The notes beneath the pieces are model-generated. The model had not been told where the DNA came from. It ran no database searches and was given only the letters and a program-made list of their open reading frames with translations. From Phoronis australis (taxonomy: Eukaryota; Animalia; Phoronida), in contig NMRA01000890.1 in assembly GCA_002633005.1 (NCBI GenBank), positions 25,742-89,741 of the forward strand: a stretch of 64,000 nt of DNA. The letters are read 5' to 3'. Made by a program: the position numbers and the translations under genes. Positions 1-13,400 of the stretch are shown here, in pieces. How positions within the stretch are numbered: the first letter of the stretch is position 1; the number at the start of each line of letters is the position of its first letter.

Positions 1-260
1 ATACCACATCTCGCAATTTCTCAAGGGACCTCCGTTTCTACATGTAAACACCATAACTGTGGTTTTCACTAAATTTGCACAGACACCCTCCATTCCTGGC
101 AGAACTTACTTAAAGCACACAGTAGGTTTTGCAGTTTAACTGGAGATTAAGTACACAAAGCCATCTCATCAGCATATCACAAAACTTTCACATCGGAAAC
201 ATTTTGACATAGAAGAATACCATCGTCATTACTAGAATGGATACATTCGACAAAGTCATT
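1..260 (-). mobile_element. Degenerate non-LTR retrotransposon (CR1/L2-group) reverse transcriptase remnant
   Basis: Minus strand reads VL*YADEM (YADD-like catalytic motif), then KFCQEWRVSV..KTTVMV. A longer copy of the same sequence lies at about 60040-60800. Confidence 0.7.
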
Positions 261-3200
261 AGATTTTTAAGTAATCACCGTGAACTCCATTAATAAACTT
301 TCAAAGACAAGTGACTGTGTAGACTCGATCCGATACATGCTCTGTAATGAAACCTTGGACAAATGTAATATTGAAACAAATGCTCAAATTTTACATAATG
401 TTAAACTCGATAGTTGTTTTTTTGTAAATTGCATAGAAAATTAATTTTGCTACAGTAGCAATTTACATGTTTGACACGTCTTCACGTGATGTGACCAACA
501 TATGACCTGTGTGAAGACATATGAATACAGTGCCTTCAACAATTTGGTTCTCAATATAAATGAGCTTCCCAGGTTGTACACGTGCGTCTGTTGATGTCAG
601 TTTTGCTTTTAAGACTCGTTTTAATAAGTTAAATAGAAAACTCGCGCATACAGTTGTACGAATTTACTTTACTATTTAGTCAGATTTATAGCAACACTTT
701 ACATATCACTTTTGGCTATGGATATTCTCAAGCTACGACCGGTAGGGTTCGGGTTAATCGCGGGTGGGCAGAGCCTGATAGTGGAAAGCAATACGAGTTC
801 CTGAATCGAAAGTTGACAGACAGGGAACAAAAAACACCGACCGATCCGTTTGAGAGACCACGACCCCTGAGGCAAATATCTGTTCACGAATCAAGACTGA
901 CGGACGACCTGCATCTATCTTCGTCGTAGCCCCCATGCCGTTTAGTTTTTGAAAGTTTCCATTCATATGCAATGCCCTCGAAGATCTCTCCCGTTTATTC
1001 ACTGCAAGATGACATGTGGGACGATTTTCCATTGAGAACACTCTTTTGGTATTTAGTATCTCTAAAAGGCGAGTTTATTGATCTGGATTGTGTAATGACG
1101 TGGTTACCTGGTTGTTGCACGTCGATTACTTGGTGTGCTCGTAGTTCATTGGAAAGTGCAAGAACCCCTCCTGGGAAGTAATAGCATGACCCTTGAATGT
1201 TTCCCTTTGAGTGGGTCGGCCTGTTGTTTCATATTGTGGCCATTTCCTTGAAAGCGCGCACCGTGAGGAGACGATGTCTTACATGAAGGAGGATACAGGT
1301 GCGTAACTTCTGTCACTAATTACATTTTTGTCTGGCTGATTGCCGTTACAGTTCTCCGGCTGTGGCAAAGAGTGTCGACATGAACTGGAAAGTTAATCGA
1401 ACCGTTTTTACCGGCTTTGGATGTCTAAGTTAACTGTAGCTGATGATGTTGTCATCGAAGTAATCGCAACGTAGTGCAGATGCAACATTTGTACACCAGG
1501 ATTTTTTAATCTGATAATTTGGGAACATAGACATGTGCTAATAGACACAAAAAACTATTTCTTATTCGATTAGTAACTACTCTAGCAAAATATGCGCAGC
1601 TTTTAGCGACGACATTACCCTGTAATTGTCGATGATAGCGGTGGCCCCTGACAATAACTTCTTCGATGTAACCGAAGTTGATCATTCATACTACCGTACA
1701 CCACAGCATCGACGCTCCGCTTTTCTACTGTGAAGTCAACTGGCACAGTTAACTTCGATTCAGGACCGAAGTTAACACACCATACTGACTGCAACTCCCC
1801 AAAACATCGCCATGTCTACGTTAGAATGAAAGGGCCTTACCAGTTTTAACTGCATGTTAAAACACTAACATGGTGTAACTAGTCCGGGTCAGCGTGAATC
1901 AGTACTACTACTAGTAGTAGTATTAGAACAAAAACTGAACAGCTGATGGAATTAAGGCTCTTCAAAATGATTTGGGTCCGATGTATCCTGACTGAGGTCA
2001 GTCACCCATCAGTAAATGCTCTAACCGTGTATACGAGTCATTGAACATTTCACAAACAGCACACTTACTGACTTATACTTGTCCATCGAAAGCCTGGTAT
2101 TGTTCATTTGTTGTAACGTAAAACCTTCACGAGTTCGAACATTCAGTCTTGTCTTAATTGTTTCTCACCTATCGAACGAGTCGCTTACAGGTACACGGTT
2201 TGTTGGTAATGCCGCTTTTTGTACTGGCTAACACGTCTTTTTCTGAATCTCGTAGAGCAGGACGACTGCGTTTCGCCTTCGGACGTACACTTCATAGACC
2301 TACTTCTCCCCGNTTTTGTACTGGCTAACACGTCTTTTTCTGAATCTCGTAGAGCAGGACGACTGCGTTTCGCCTTCGGACGTACACTTTAGTCATAGAT
2401 CTACTTCTCCCCGCCATTTGTATAAATTCTGTTGACCTCTAGATCTGTGGCTGCGCATGCGTTGTTGTAAAGTTGTTGTAATGTTTATAATCATTTTAGC
2501 GGTCGGGAGGCTAAATTCTTTGTAAACATTTCATTCGTTTGTAGTATTTACAACGATTTTTTTCAAAATTTTTGCACAAGTTGAAAGTTAATAACTTTTT
2601 GAACTCCATGTCGCATCAAAAAACCGGCTTAAACGGCGTTAAGAGGTTTTTTTCTTCTATAACTCGGACCATAGGCCTTTAAGCAAGCAGCGCTAGTGGT
2701 CTAACGCATGTCTGAAGGAAGAATGTATAACTTCGTGTCAGGTTTTGGTTTGCTAACTTGTACCCAGATCTTGAAAGGGTACATGTATATGTTCAAACAA
2801 ATTTGGCACCAACTCAAGCCCTACATGTAAAGGAGCGGCCTTAGTTGACCTTGTGGCGCGCTCGGATTTGAAAAACCATGCGATTATCTTGTACTTCTTT
2901 CTTGCTTAACCCTTTTTGATTTCAAAGATGAGAACCTAAGTGAAACTGAGCTAGGCATCATTCATCATAGCAAGTTCCATTTCACTGATGATGCTACAAT
3001 CTATGGTGCAAATACGTGCAGAAGAATAAAGAGGACTCGGATGTTTTTGCATACATGTATTTTCTGCTGTTTGTTTATGTATAGCCGATAAATTTGTATT
3101 CTTAGTTTGCCTGGTCTCTTTCAAGCATTGCAACATCTTTCATTGATAGGGTCACTCTCTGAAACTTTTCCTATAGGCTACTTACCGGTATTAAGTGAAG

Positions 3201-4355
3201 GATGCGGAGCTGTTAACATGGCCGAGTATATTTATGCCTCTTTAGCGCAACATAACCGTGCCGCGTGATATGGCTTTTATGCAGACTATGCCGCATGACT
3301 CATGCGCGTGGAGCACGTTCATCCACTCCTTTCGCGCCCAGAATCAACCGTTTGGTGCGTCCAATGACATAAGCTCATTGAGTGCATCAACGTGAAGTTA
3401 CAGTGATCTGTGAAAATTATCTTAGAGTTTGGTCACAATGAAAAATGCTTTAGTGTAGAAACTTGACGCAGAGGTGCAGGAAGTTATGGCTTAATTTATC
3501 GCCACTCACTGCCGGAAATTGGTGGCCTTTTGCGGAACCGGATTTCGGATTTACTCAAATTTTGTTTGTGGAGCATTTTGCCACAGTTAACCTGCTACCC
3601 GAGGAGCTTAGGATTTAAAACATTGCTTACTCGCGATCGTTTTTTTTTGCAGAATGATGGCAGCTCGACTGAATGCGAAGGCCATGCGCGTTTGAACACT
3701 GACCCTCTCACGACGGTTACAGAGACGTTCACGTATAGTACGTGACATCTATCGTTGGCTGATATGACATCTCTGCTTTAATAGCCACCTATTGTCCTCA
3801 AATTTCTTAGATATGGGCTATGGGATGTTCTGAGGAAATATTGTTTCTGATAATATGCCACCTGAACAATTCACTGAATTCAAGTGTTTACTGAAGTCGA
3901 AAAAGCGTCTCAGTACTGAGCCGGAGACCGGCCTCAACCCACCTGATTTGACGTGAGACAAATATTACACGAGGATTATGTACGCAGTGTTAATCTGTTC
4001 CTTACAGTAGGGCTTACATGACATTTAAAGGTCGTTTATTTTGAGTGTGAATTGGCATTGGGTCTAGTAGACAAAGCCTATAGCTCAGCCGTACAGGGAA
4101 TTCATGCCTTGTACGCATTGTACAAACTTACAGCATTTTAGAACCATAACACACAAATTCCAAGTCATACTGCATTTGTAAAATAAATAAGTCAAGGCGC
4201 ATTTCACCAGTTCTGACTTAGGCGTCCCGGTGTCCGGGACAGTTGCTAAGAAATAGGCTTGCAAGCCTGAGCTACCGTCATTCGTGCGTCAAAGGAGGAC
4301 GCTGTAGACGTGTTTACTCTTTGGTCTTGAGAAACCAAGAACGTGGTGTTTCGTA

Positions 4356-4483
4356 ATGGCGGCCTCCTTGGAAGAGCAAGAACCACACTTGGTTGAAAAT
4401 GGGATTAAAATCGCTGTTAATGAACTAAGTGCAACTCCTTCAACAAAGAAAACGTACTTTAATAGAAAAATGCGAACTTCAAG
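4356..4483 (+). CDS. TRMT1L: TRMT1L exon 1
   Basis: ATG GCG GCC start; MAASLEEQEPHLVENGIKI...TYFNRKMRTS; donor AAG|gtaatt, phase 2. Confidence 0.85.
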
Positions 4484-7400
4484 GTAATTAAAGTGTCATC
4501 GTGTTGATTTGTTGGACGACGAACCTTCCGTAATCGCCTAGTCAACTTTTTAAACTGTCCAAGTAGGGAGGACAGCATTTTTCAAAAATTTTAGAAAATG
4601 TGCATGTAATATACATCATTAGAAAGCTCTTTTCGAGACTAAAATAACGATAGTAAATTTTTTTAAATTGGACTTATGGTTCCGGAGAAAATGTCATTTT
4701 CGTGTCAAAATTTTTGGTAAAAATTCTGTCAAATCGAATCTGCGAGTTCAAAATATTATTATTTCAAAACTAAGAAACGTAAATAGACATGTAATACATC
4801 ATTTTAAAGAACTTTTTATGATGAATAATTTGCCAAAAAACCATTTCGATTAGACGTTCCTGTGCGAAGATATTGACCTTAAAGTCAACACAGCCGACAA
4901 AGAGAAGTCACTACGTACAATTTTGCGATTTCGAATTTTCATAAAATAACAATTACTCCAGGAAAAAAAAACAAATAAGGTATCATTTTAAAGATTTTTC
5001 ATCAGGAAAGTTGAAACTTGATAATTGGTTGAGCAAATTATTAATATTATTTGTGATATTGTTTTTAACAATCATGCTGTTTGCAACCGGCTTAACTTTG
5101 TCACTCAATTACATTAAGTAAAAATCAAAGATAAACAAACATCATTTCAAAAATGTATTGATGACAAGTATGATATATAGAACATTTTAATACAAGCTTC
5201 TGAAAGACATATAATAAATAAAACTTTTACATAAACTTTCCACAACAATGTAATAAAATGAAGACCCTGTCATGAGCCATCCAGGAATGTTCATGCTATA
5301 AAACCAACAACTGGAATATTCATAATCCTAAAATTGTCTCAAGTGATATGAACACAAAAAAGAATTTATGATGGACAGATAAATAAAGTTCTCAAGGCAT
5401 CCTCAAGGAAGGAGGGGCCAAACCCTTTCTGTGACAATTGGCAGTGGAGTACCTTCCAGTAAACAGACGCTCAGTGGAGTTCCTTACACAGACCTGTGGT
5501 ATCCTCAAGGAAGGGGGCCAAACCCTTTCACTGACTACTGTACGTCAGCGAAGTACCTTAGAGACTTGTGGCATCCTCAAGAAAAGGTAGCCAAACCCTT
5601 TCAATCACCAAGTCAGTGGAGTACCTTACACAGACTTGTGGCGTCCTTAAGGAAGGGGGGGCCAAACCCTTTCTGACTATCATAAGGCATTGGAGTATCT
5701 ATTATGCAACACTGAGTTATTCCAGCACTTCGAAGTCCCTTTGACCAAAGTCATCAATCAGCCGAAAGGAGTAGATAGCCTCATCTTCGTTGTAATGGAT
5801 ATTAAACCAAGACAGATATCCGAGGACCTGAAAGAATACTATAATTCATAATTATTTGAACAGTGTTATGCGAAAATGTTACCCTACTTGGAAATTATGC
5901 ACATTTTAACAAAGGTGACATAATACTATTAAACTACAAGGTTGTGAAAAGAAAAAAGAAATAGCTAGATAGGTCATGTCAGTATTTGTCTGACAGTGTC
6001 TTAAGAGGTGGTGTTGGCATATGGTACTTCTTCGCGGACTCCTCAACAGCATCAGGAGCTGAAAAGCACAGTCCGATAGGTGGAGGGGAGAGCCAAAATG
6101 AAGGAGGCTTTGACCGTTTGTCTATGAGATCATGTCCAACTGAATAACTGATAAAATGCAAGTAGAATCAGTAGAAGCAGGAAAGTAGAAGGATCTGGAC
6201 CAAGAGCTAGAAGCAGAGTCTGTTGAGAAAGAAATGTGAGACATGATGAAGATAGAAACTCAAAACAGGAGTGAAATTATAAGAACAAAAATAATGAAGA
6301 AAATAACAACTGGTTTGGTCCACAGTAAATTCCAACAAAGCTTACCTGGAGGATAAAGATCAGGGTGAGATTTATGAACAGTCTAGGCAAACCTCAATTG
6401 TTCCGTTAAAAACTATATATACTGGCCCGTGGTCAGAAAAAAAGTTTATCGAAAGCATGTATGTTTCAAAGTAGTGGACCACAAAGTCTTGGAAACACAG
6501 GACTGCAGTAGAACTGTACATTTGTAATATTTGTTTAATCTAAAATTAAAACATTTTCATTTTCTATCTTGACATATTCTGAATAAAATGTCATGACCAA
6601 CAAGGCAAGATGGGTGTGGACTTCTCTGGCAGCAAGCCAACCCAAGTCTATCAGTGGCTTGACCAACAAAAATGTGAAACAAAATAGTAAAAAAAAACTT
6701 AAATATAAGAATCATTGTTCTCACTACGAGAAATGACTGTTTAGTTCTCTTTTACATTGAGTTTTCATCAGCAAAAGTTGAAGTGCTTCAGTATTGTAAA
6801 CCAAACATTCAACGCGATTCACAGGACCACCCCTAGCGGCAGTACCCGGAACTACGAAGTGAGTCAGAAATTCGCCCGATTGTCAGAAATTGACGAAATG
6901 TTCGTTTAGAACAAGTGTTTGAAATAGTTCATTAATGAACCCTTTAGTGCGGAATACAGTTCATTACATTCGCAAATTATTCTATATACCAATAAATTCA
7001 GCTCGAAGTTGAAGGTCGCGGGAACAGGCGACTTTTTCAACTTTTAAGTGCAGGAAAGTGAAAACTACTTACATAATCGTGTTCGCAAGGCTCCCTTTTG
7101 TTCTTTCACGAAGTTTCACGTAAAAATTCGCGAGTTTAGTCTTCTCCTGGGTTGAAAACCAAATAGCACTCATTTTTACCGGCATCCATTTTGGTCTGAA
7201 AAATCGGTCACGTCCCTGCAAAAAACTCGTGCAAAGTATTATTAAACGAATTTTGCGACAAAAAAAGATTATCAGATAAGTAAAACAATATATTTTTTCA
7301 TAGTTTGCAATAATTTTTATTCACATTTATTACATTTTTGAGTTATTTTTTGCCGATTGTAGTGAGCGAATTTAACACGGTGACAGATACGCGAAGCGAT

Positions 7401-10400
7401 TCGCTGAAGAATGCTGTCCTCGCTAGTCCAAGTATATGTGTGCACAATTGTATACTATTACTATACTATTAGTATAGTATACTAGTCAATACAGCAGACC
7501 AAATGAAATGTGACCTTCAGTTATTGTCATTGAAAAGAACATTCTTCCTTGAGAAACCTAAACTATTTACCAGTGTTAGAAAATGGGGGTTCTACTGTTA
7601 TTATGCTGCTGAGTTTTTGGAGTGATCGTTGGCTAGCGGTCAGTATAGCAAACTTATTGGCTAGCTTCCTTTACCACCAATTCTTCAATCAACTGTTCTT
7701 CCACGGGGTTGCCTACATGTCACAGTGTAATATCGGAACTGGTATTGTTAAGGGGTATTTTAATACCGGCTAACGCAAACTGAAATTCAGAACAAATTTT
7801 GCTGCTGCGAAGCTGCCATCATCACTTGAGAGATGTTGCAAAATTAAAGAAATGGTGCATTTCACAAACACACTGTTTTCAAAATGAAGTTATACTTGTC
7901 TTTGTAATAAAAGGATGAGAACCTTGTTTGAAAATGACATTTTTTATATTATATTTCGCTTAAGAATGTCTACAATGGGCAAGCACAAGTTGAGTTTTGG
8001 TTGACACACAGATGTTGTGTGCACCAGTCATTAGCTTTGAGTGTTGATAATAATTTTCTTGAGGAGATGACGAGCAGTACTACCAATTTCAAGGTCTGTT
8101 AGAGCTTAATGTCACTCAGTTGTTCCTATAGATTTGGTGGTAGTTCCTCATGCAGCTAGCTGGCAGGCTATTGAGTTTGACTGAGCCTATTGACCAAAGT
8201 CAACTTCACTCCAGATAGCTTTCAGCCTCTTGTCTTTGGTATAGGGGATAGATTGCGTGTGATCGCCAATGGTGTAGAGGGTACGGTTTTGTTATGGGAA
8301 AAGTCATTACTTGGCAAAAAGTCATACAGTTTTGAAGGTCCTTGGATTTTTCCTGATTCAAGGAAATTAGAAAAATTACCTGCATGGGGACAAAATTACT
8401 TATTGAATATGCTAGTAATACTTATTCGAAGGTATATACAAAACCATAAGCTGTCTTATCTGGATATGTTTGGCTTCTTTTTATTTTGGTGCATCTAAAC
8501 GTCTGCCATCTTACGCTCATAAATTTTAACCTAAGGACCTCAGCAGTGACCTGAATGACAGTCAATAAGCAAAGTGAATGCATGCCTTAGTTCACCTTTA
8601 GATAAAACGGGCAATTTGTGGGGCCAGACGTGAATAGTAAATCGTCATCTTCAAGTGATTAAGTTCTCTTGAAGAGGAGTTCAGTATGTTGTATTTTGTC
8701 TGCAGATCATTGTCTTCACTCTGTCATACTATTCACATTTACAGGCTAATATTTGATGTGGAATTCGATGAAGACATGTATGATAGAAAATTCTCCACTT
8801 TCGAATGAACTTCCAACCCGTTTAAGGGTTGGTTCAACTAATAAGTAAATATAGCAGAACTTAGTAATAGGTTGTCCAGATTATGTCACTGTCAGTTTTT
8901 GCTCTCAATGTAACAATTATAGGTCATCTGACCTGAAAAGTTATGACCTTGACAGACAGGTGTGAAATATAAGTCAACTTCCAAACGATCAATTGTTTTA
9001 CCTTTTCGGATATTTTGTTAATTCCACAGATTTGTCAGTACCGTCTCAAATGCATGCAGCGGTTCATTTGCATACTTTGTTGTCTTTTGTTTTGAAGGGA
9101 GCTATGCTTGTGCGCCTTGAAACTTTTGTGTTCCGAACGAGAATTGCCTGTCAGGTGCTTGGATGCATTTGCTGCTTCTGGTAAGATTGGACCTTCTCAT
9201 CATGCTTTCTTTTTAGAGATTGAGATTAACTTATGGATTGTAGTGCATCATACAGGGTAGACCATCTTGAGATGGGCTCTTCTGACATTTCTTTCATAGA
9301 GCTATTTTGAGGAAATGAAGTAACCAGTCGAACCACAGATTTTTTCTGGGATAGGAAGCTTTGTGTTGTAGCCAGGCACGTTTTCTTTTGGGGACTGAGT
9401 GTGTTTTTACCAGTTGAGGCCATTATTCTGCTTTCTCCAAAGTGGAAAGGAGACCTCGCAATTGATTTCCAGTTTTCGATAATCATTCTGTGACATAAGG
9501 TCACAGTGTGGCGATGTAATGCAACGTAGACATCATGCAGGTCCACCTATAGTTAAGATTTGACTTAGATGAAGATTAGTTAGAAGGGAATTAGATCTTA
9601 CAGGATTTTGCATTCAATTCTTTGCAATTGCTTAGCCAATTATCCAAAGGATTAGTGCAGAAAGTTTGATGCTAGGGAATATCCTTGGTTAACAAAAATC
9701 GTTATTTTCAACTCAGCCAGGGCAGATTTGAAAACTGTTTAAAATGAAAGTCGCATTGAATTTCATGCTCCAATAATGCTACATGGTAGTATGACCATAC
9801 TTTTTCCTTTTCCAGGTATTTCTGGTCTTCAGTGGAAGAAGTGTTTATCGTCCAGTGTCCAGGTGACTGTCAATGACAAGTCACCACAGTCAATAGATAG
9901 TATTAAACAAAACTGTAGACGAAATGGGATGGATGTCACATGTCCGACAATAAGTGATGATACCACAACCTTTGATGACCCTGTGTGTCAAACTGAAGAC
10001 ATTGTTGAAGTCACAACGAAAGATGCTTCAACTTTACTGAGTGAAAGACAGTTTGACTTTGTGTAATATGTCCATGCATTTTTCATTAAAATTAATGTTT
10101 ACATGATTATCAAAAATAACTTTTCGCATGCAGGCAGAGCTTGTGATAGGTCAATTACAGAATGGCTTATCAATATTAGCAACTGTCCTGATGACTCATC
10201 TTTATTCTCTGTCATGAGAGAAGACAGTGCTGATGAGGGATTCCGCTTGACAGGGAATTCTGGGCCATTTTGTCCTATTACTTTTGGCTTGTATTACATA
10301 ATGTCAACCATTTTTTTGCTCTGATCATGGCAATTTTTGTAAAAAATCATTGCATACCGTAGATTTAACGAAAACCATTCAAAATACAGTCAAGTGTTAG

Positions 10401-13400
10401 AATGCATTGCCTGTTCAGTGTTGTGATACCCTTTGGCAACTCCTTTGGCCCTGTTGAGCAAGACTCATGTTGTGAGATTATTTTGACAAAAGCTGAATGA
10501 AGGTTTGAAATCTTTTTTATTAACTTTTGGGTAAATGCTTGTTAATTACTGAAAATACCTAGCTTTTTGGTGCTGTGCTGTAGCACTACAGAAAGGCAAA
10601 AATATCAAGCAAATGCATAATTCCCGTATTGGTTTACCTGTATGGTATCATAAGTAAGCAGGTACAGAACTGGGGCCTGTTTCAAGAAACTGACTTAAGT
10701 TCATTTTTGACTTAAGTTTAAGATTTTTCTTAACTTCCACACTTTGAAACTTCCACATTCGGTAAGTTAGTCAAAATTAAGACAAAACTTATCAAACACG
10801 AAAGTCAAACTTAATATCCCTTTCTTTGTTTTGAGACAAATTTAACTTTTATTTTAATATTCACTAAAATTTAAGATCTGTCTTAGCTCAGTCAGTTTTG
10901 TTGGAACGGGCCCCTGGTCTTACAGTGGCAGATGTTGTCTTCTTTTTAGTTACTTAGATCCTTTTGGAACAGCAGTGCAGTACCTTGATGTGGCTTTTAT
11001 GAACATCATAAATGGTGGGATCATTGTTGTAACATCAACTGACCTCGGCGCCCTCTATGGGATGACACCACATGTTGCACGGCGCAACTATGGTGCTGTT
11101 GTGCAAAAAGTGGAATGTTTTAAAGAGGTTGCAGTGAGAATTTTAATTGGAGCAATGGTTAGGTTAGTGCTTTATTTTGCCACCACTTGGTGCACAGACA
11201 ACATATTTGTATTGGCATATAGTAGCTTTGTCTCGAAATACGCTTGCATTGAACCAAAGATAACAAAATAGATATGCAAACAACAGAGGTATAGCACTGA
11301 ACTGCAGGCATGTTGCGGTATGTCGGAATGTGTGAAACAACAAAATGTGCACCCATCCGTATTTCTCGAGCTCTGTTGTCATCCCCATTGTAACCATCAG
11401 CACTTTAATGGCTGACGATTCACTGTTTACTCTGCAAGGATAGGTTTGAATAAAAATTCCTAAAATATAAAGATATAAATTATTGAAGCACATTTGAATA
11501 TTTTAAAATTTTTGAGTTTTGGCAATCCAAATGACAAACATTCCATAATTGCCATTTTTCAAAAAGCATGGATTGTGTCTGTTTGACTCAATCGGACAGG
11601 TGGTTGACTTAAAATTGCTGTAAAGTTGTGTAGGTTTTTTGACATTTTTTGAAAATTCTTCATTGTATTGCAAGTTGTTTGAGATTTAATAAGCAATGCA
11701 GTCATTTCTTGTTTTCGGTAATTTTATAATGCTTTAAAAAACAAAGTAACATGCTTATTGATGCAGCATTTAAAATCTTGTTGCAGGTCTGCAGCCAAGG
11801 CTAACAAAGGCATTGACGTGGTGTTTGCATGTGCAAGTGAAACGTTCATCTCTGTAGCTGTTAGGGTTCTGCGTGGTCCTAAGCACGCGGATGCTTGTGT
11901 GCCAAAGGTTCAGAAAGTGCTATACTGTCGTATGTGCCAGGACAGGGCGTTCATCCCAGACAATACAACTCCATTAGGTGAAAACATCTCTTATGACGCA
12001 ATACAGTAGCTTTCAACATAAAATGAACACACTTCCACAGAATTCTGCCAGTTTCTGCCAAAGTTAGATTATTTTTTTACCAGAATTGCGTGGCAATTAA
12101 GTAGTCACAGTGAAAGGCTTTTTGCCAAATTGATGACGTTAGTGTGCCTAGCCATTAATTGATTGTACTTGGACTTGGAAGCCAAGTTATTGCTATTCTG
12201 ACAAAGTGCCTGGGCCGACAATTGTCCACATTATTTTGCAAATTTAAAGGGATCGAAATGTATTCTAGTTGAAAATAATTGATTACGTAGTCTGTGTTTT
12301 ATGTCAAATCTTTAGTTTGTGTTAGAGTGTCCAGTTTGTCTGTTGATATATTGACTGTCTTTTGTTTACCTGCCAATTTCCATATTAGAAATTTCAAATG
12401 GGACCTTGTGCGCTATGGAAATGTACAACATAGCACGTTTTACTGCACTATTCACTATCACCTCGCTGTCACACACTTCACGTCTAATTAATAGCAAATT
12501 TCTTCACTTAGCACTGTGAACCATTATTGTCAAAATGTCCGTAGTACACATACTCTACACAAGCTTAGATTTGAATGAAGAATGCGATAAATAACTATGA
12601 GTCAGCCTACTATAAGTATTAGATTCTGGGCAAATTACCATGTTTTTAGCAATTTTATTTTTCTGTACTCAAGGAGTGAACTCTACACTTTGACTATAAA
12701 AGAAAAAATATTTTCGTGTATACCAATTCCAACGTTTGAAATGCAGGTTTCAAGATCGTGTGTTACAAATTGGCAGCACAAAAGACACTGAGATTATTTG
12801 CAGAAATCTTTCAAAACAAGGTAAATGAGATAGACAAGACATGCACTTCCTTGAGTACCTTTTCAGCTTTGGTTACTGTAACTTGCATTGTGAACTTTCT
12901 GACAGCAACAAAATTTGTCATACTGAAGTAATTTAGTTGATAATTTTCAGTAAATCCGTACAGGCTGTTGGGGTGTCATTGCATTGACCAGCAAGTTGGA
13001 GCCTCAGCCATCGAACTTGGTCCCATGTGGTGAGTGTACCACTTTTTATTCATCGATAAATGAAAGGTACATTATGCTACCTTTCATGCACCCAACTTTC
13101 TTGTACATTGTTGATAAAACAAAATGGAAATGGTCTAAAGTGCCAAAACTAGTGCCACTTGTGACTACAACATGGACTTCTGTATTTAAGTAAGTAATTC
13201 TTCACTAATCTTGTTTTGCACACAATATGGCTGACAAGTGAATACCTATTTTGTCGATTTTTATTTATTAAGATAGATCGGGGATATTTTAGTCTATTAC
13301 GGGGCTAGCATGGTTTAAAGTGACTGTGTAGATGTCAAAAACAGCCCTTTCTGAAGTTGGCATTACTTGCAAAGGATACTCAGTCTTTAATAAATAGAAA

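Noticed and set aside
2216-2413. ~97-bp tandem duplication
   Set aside because: Copies are separated by a single N; likely an unmerged contig or haplotype overlap.
5398-5698. CRISPR array
   Set aside because: Eukaryotic context, degenerate ~58-nt repeats, short irregular linkers, no cas genes.
8132-8160. Alternative TRMT1L exon 2 after the tatag acceptor
   Set aside because: Hits a stop in the required phase; 9098-9180 fits the family motif.
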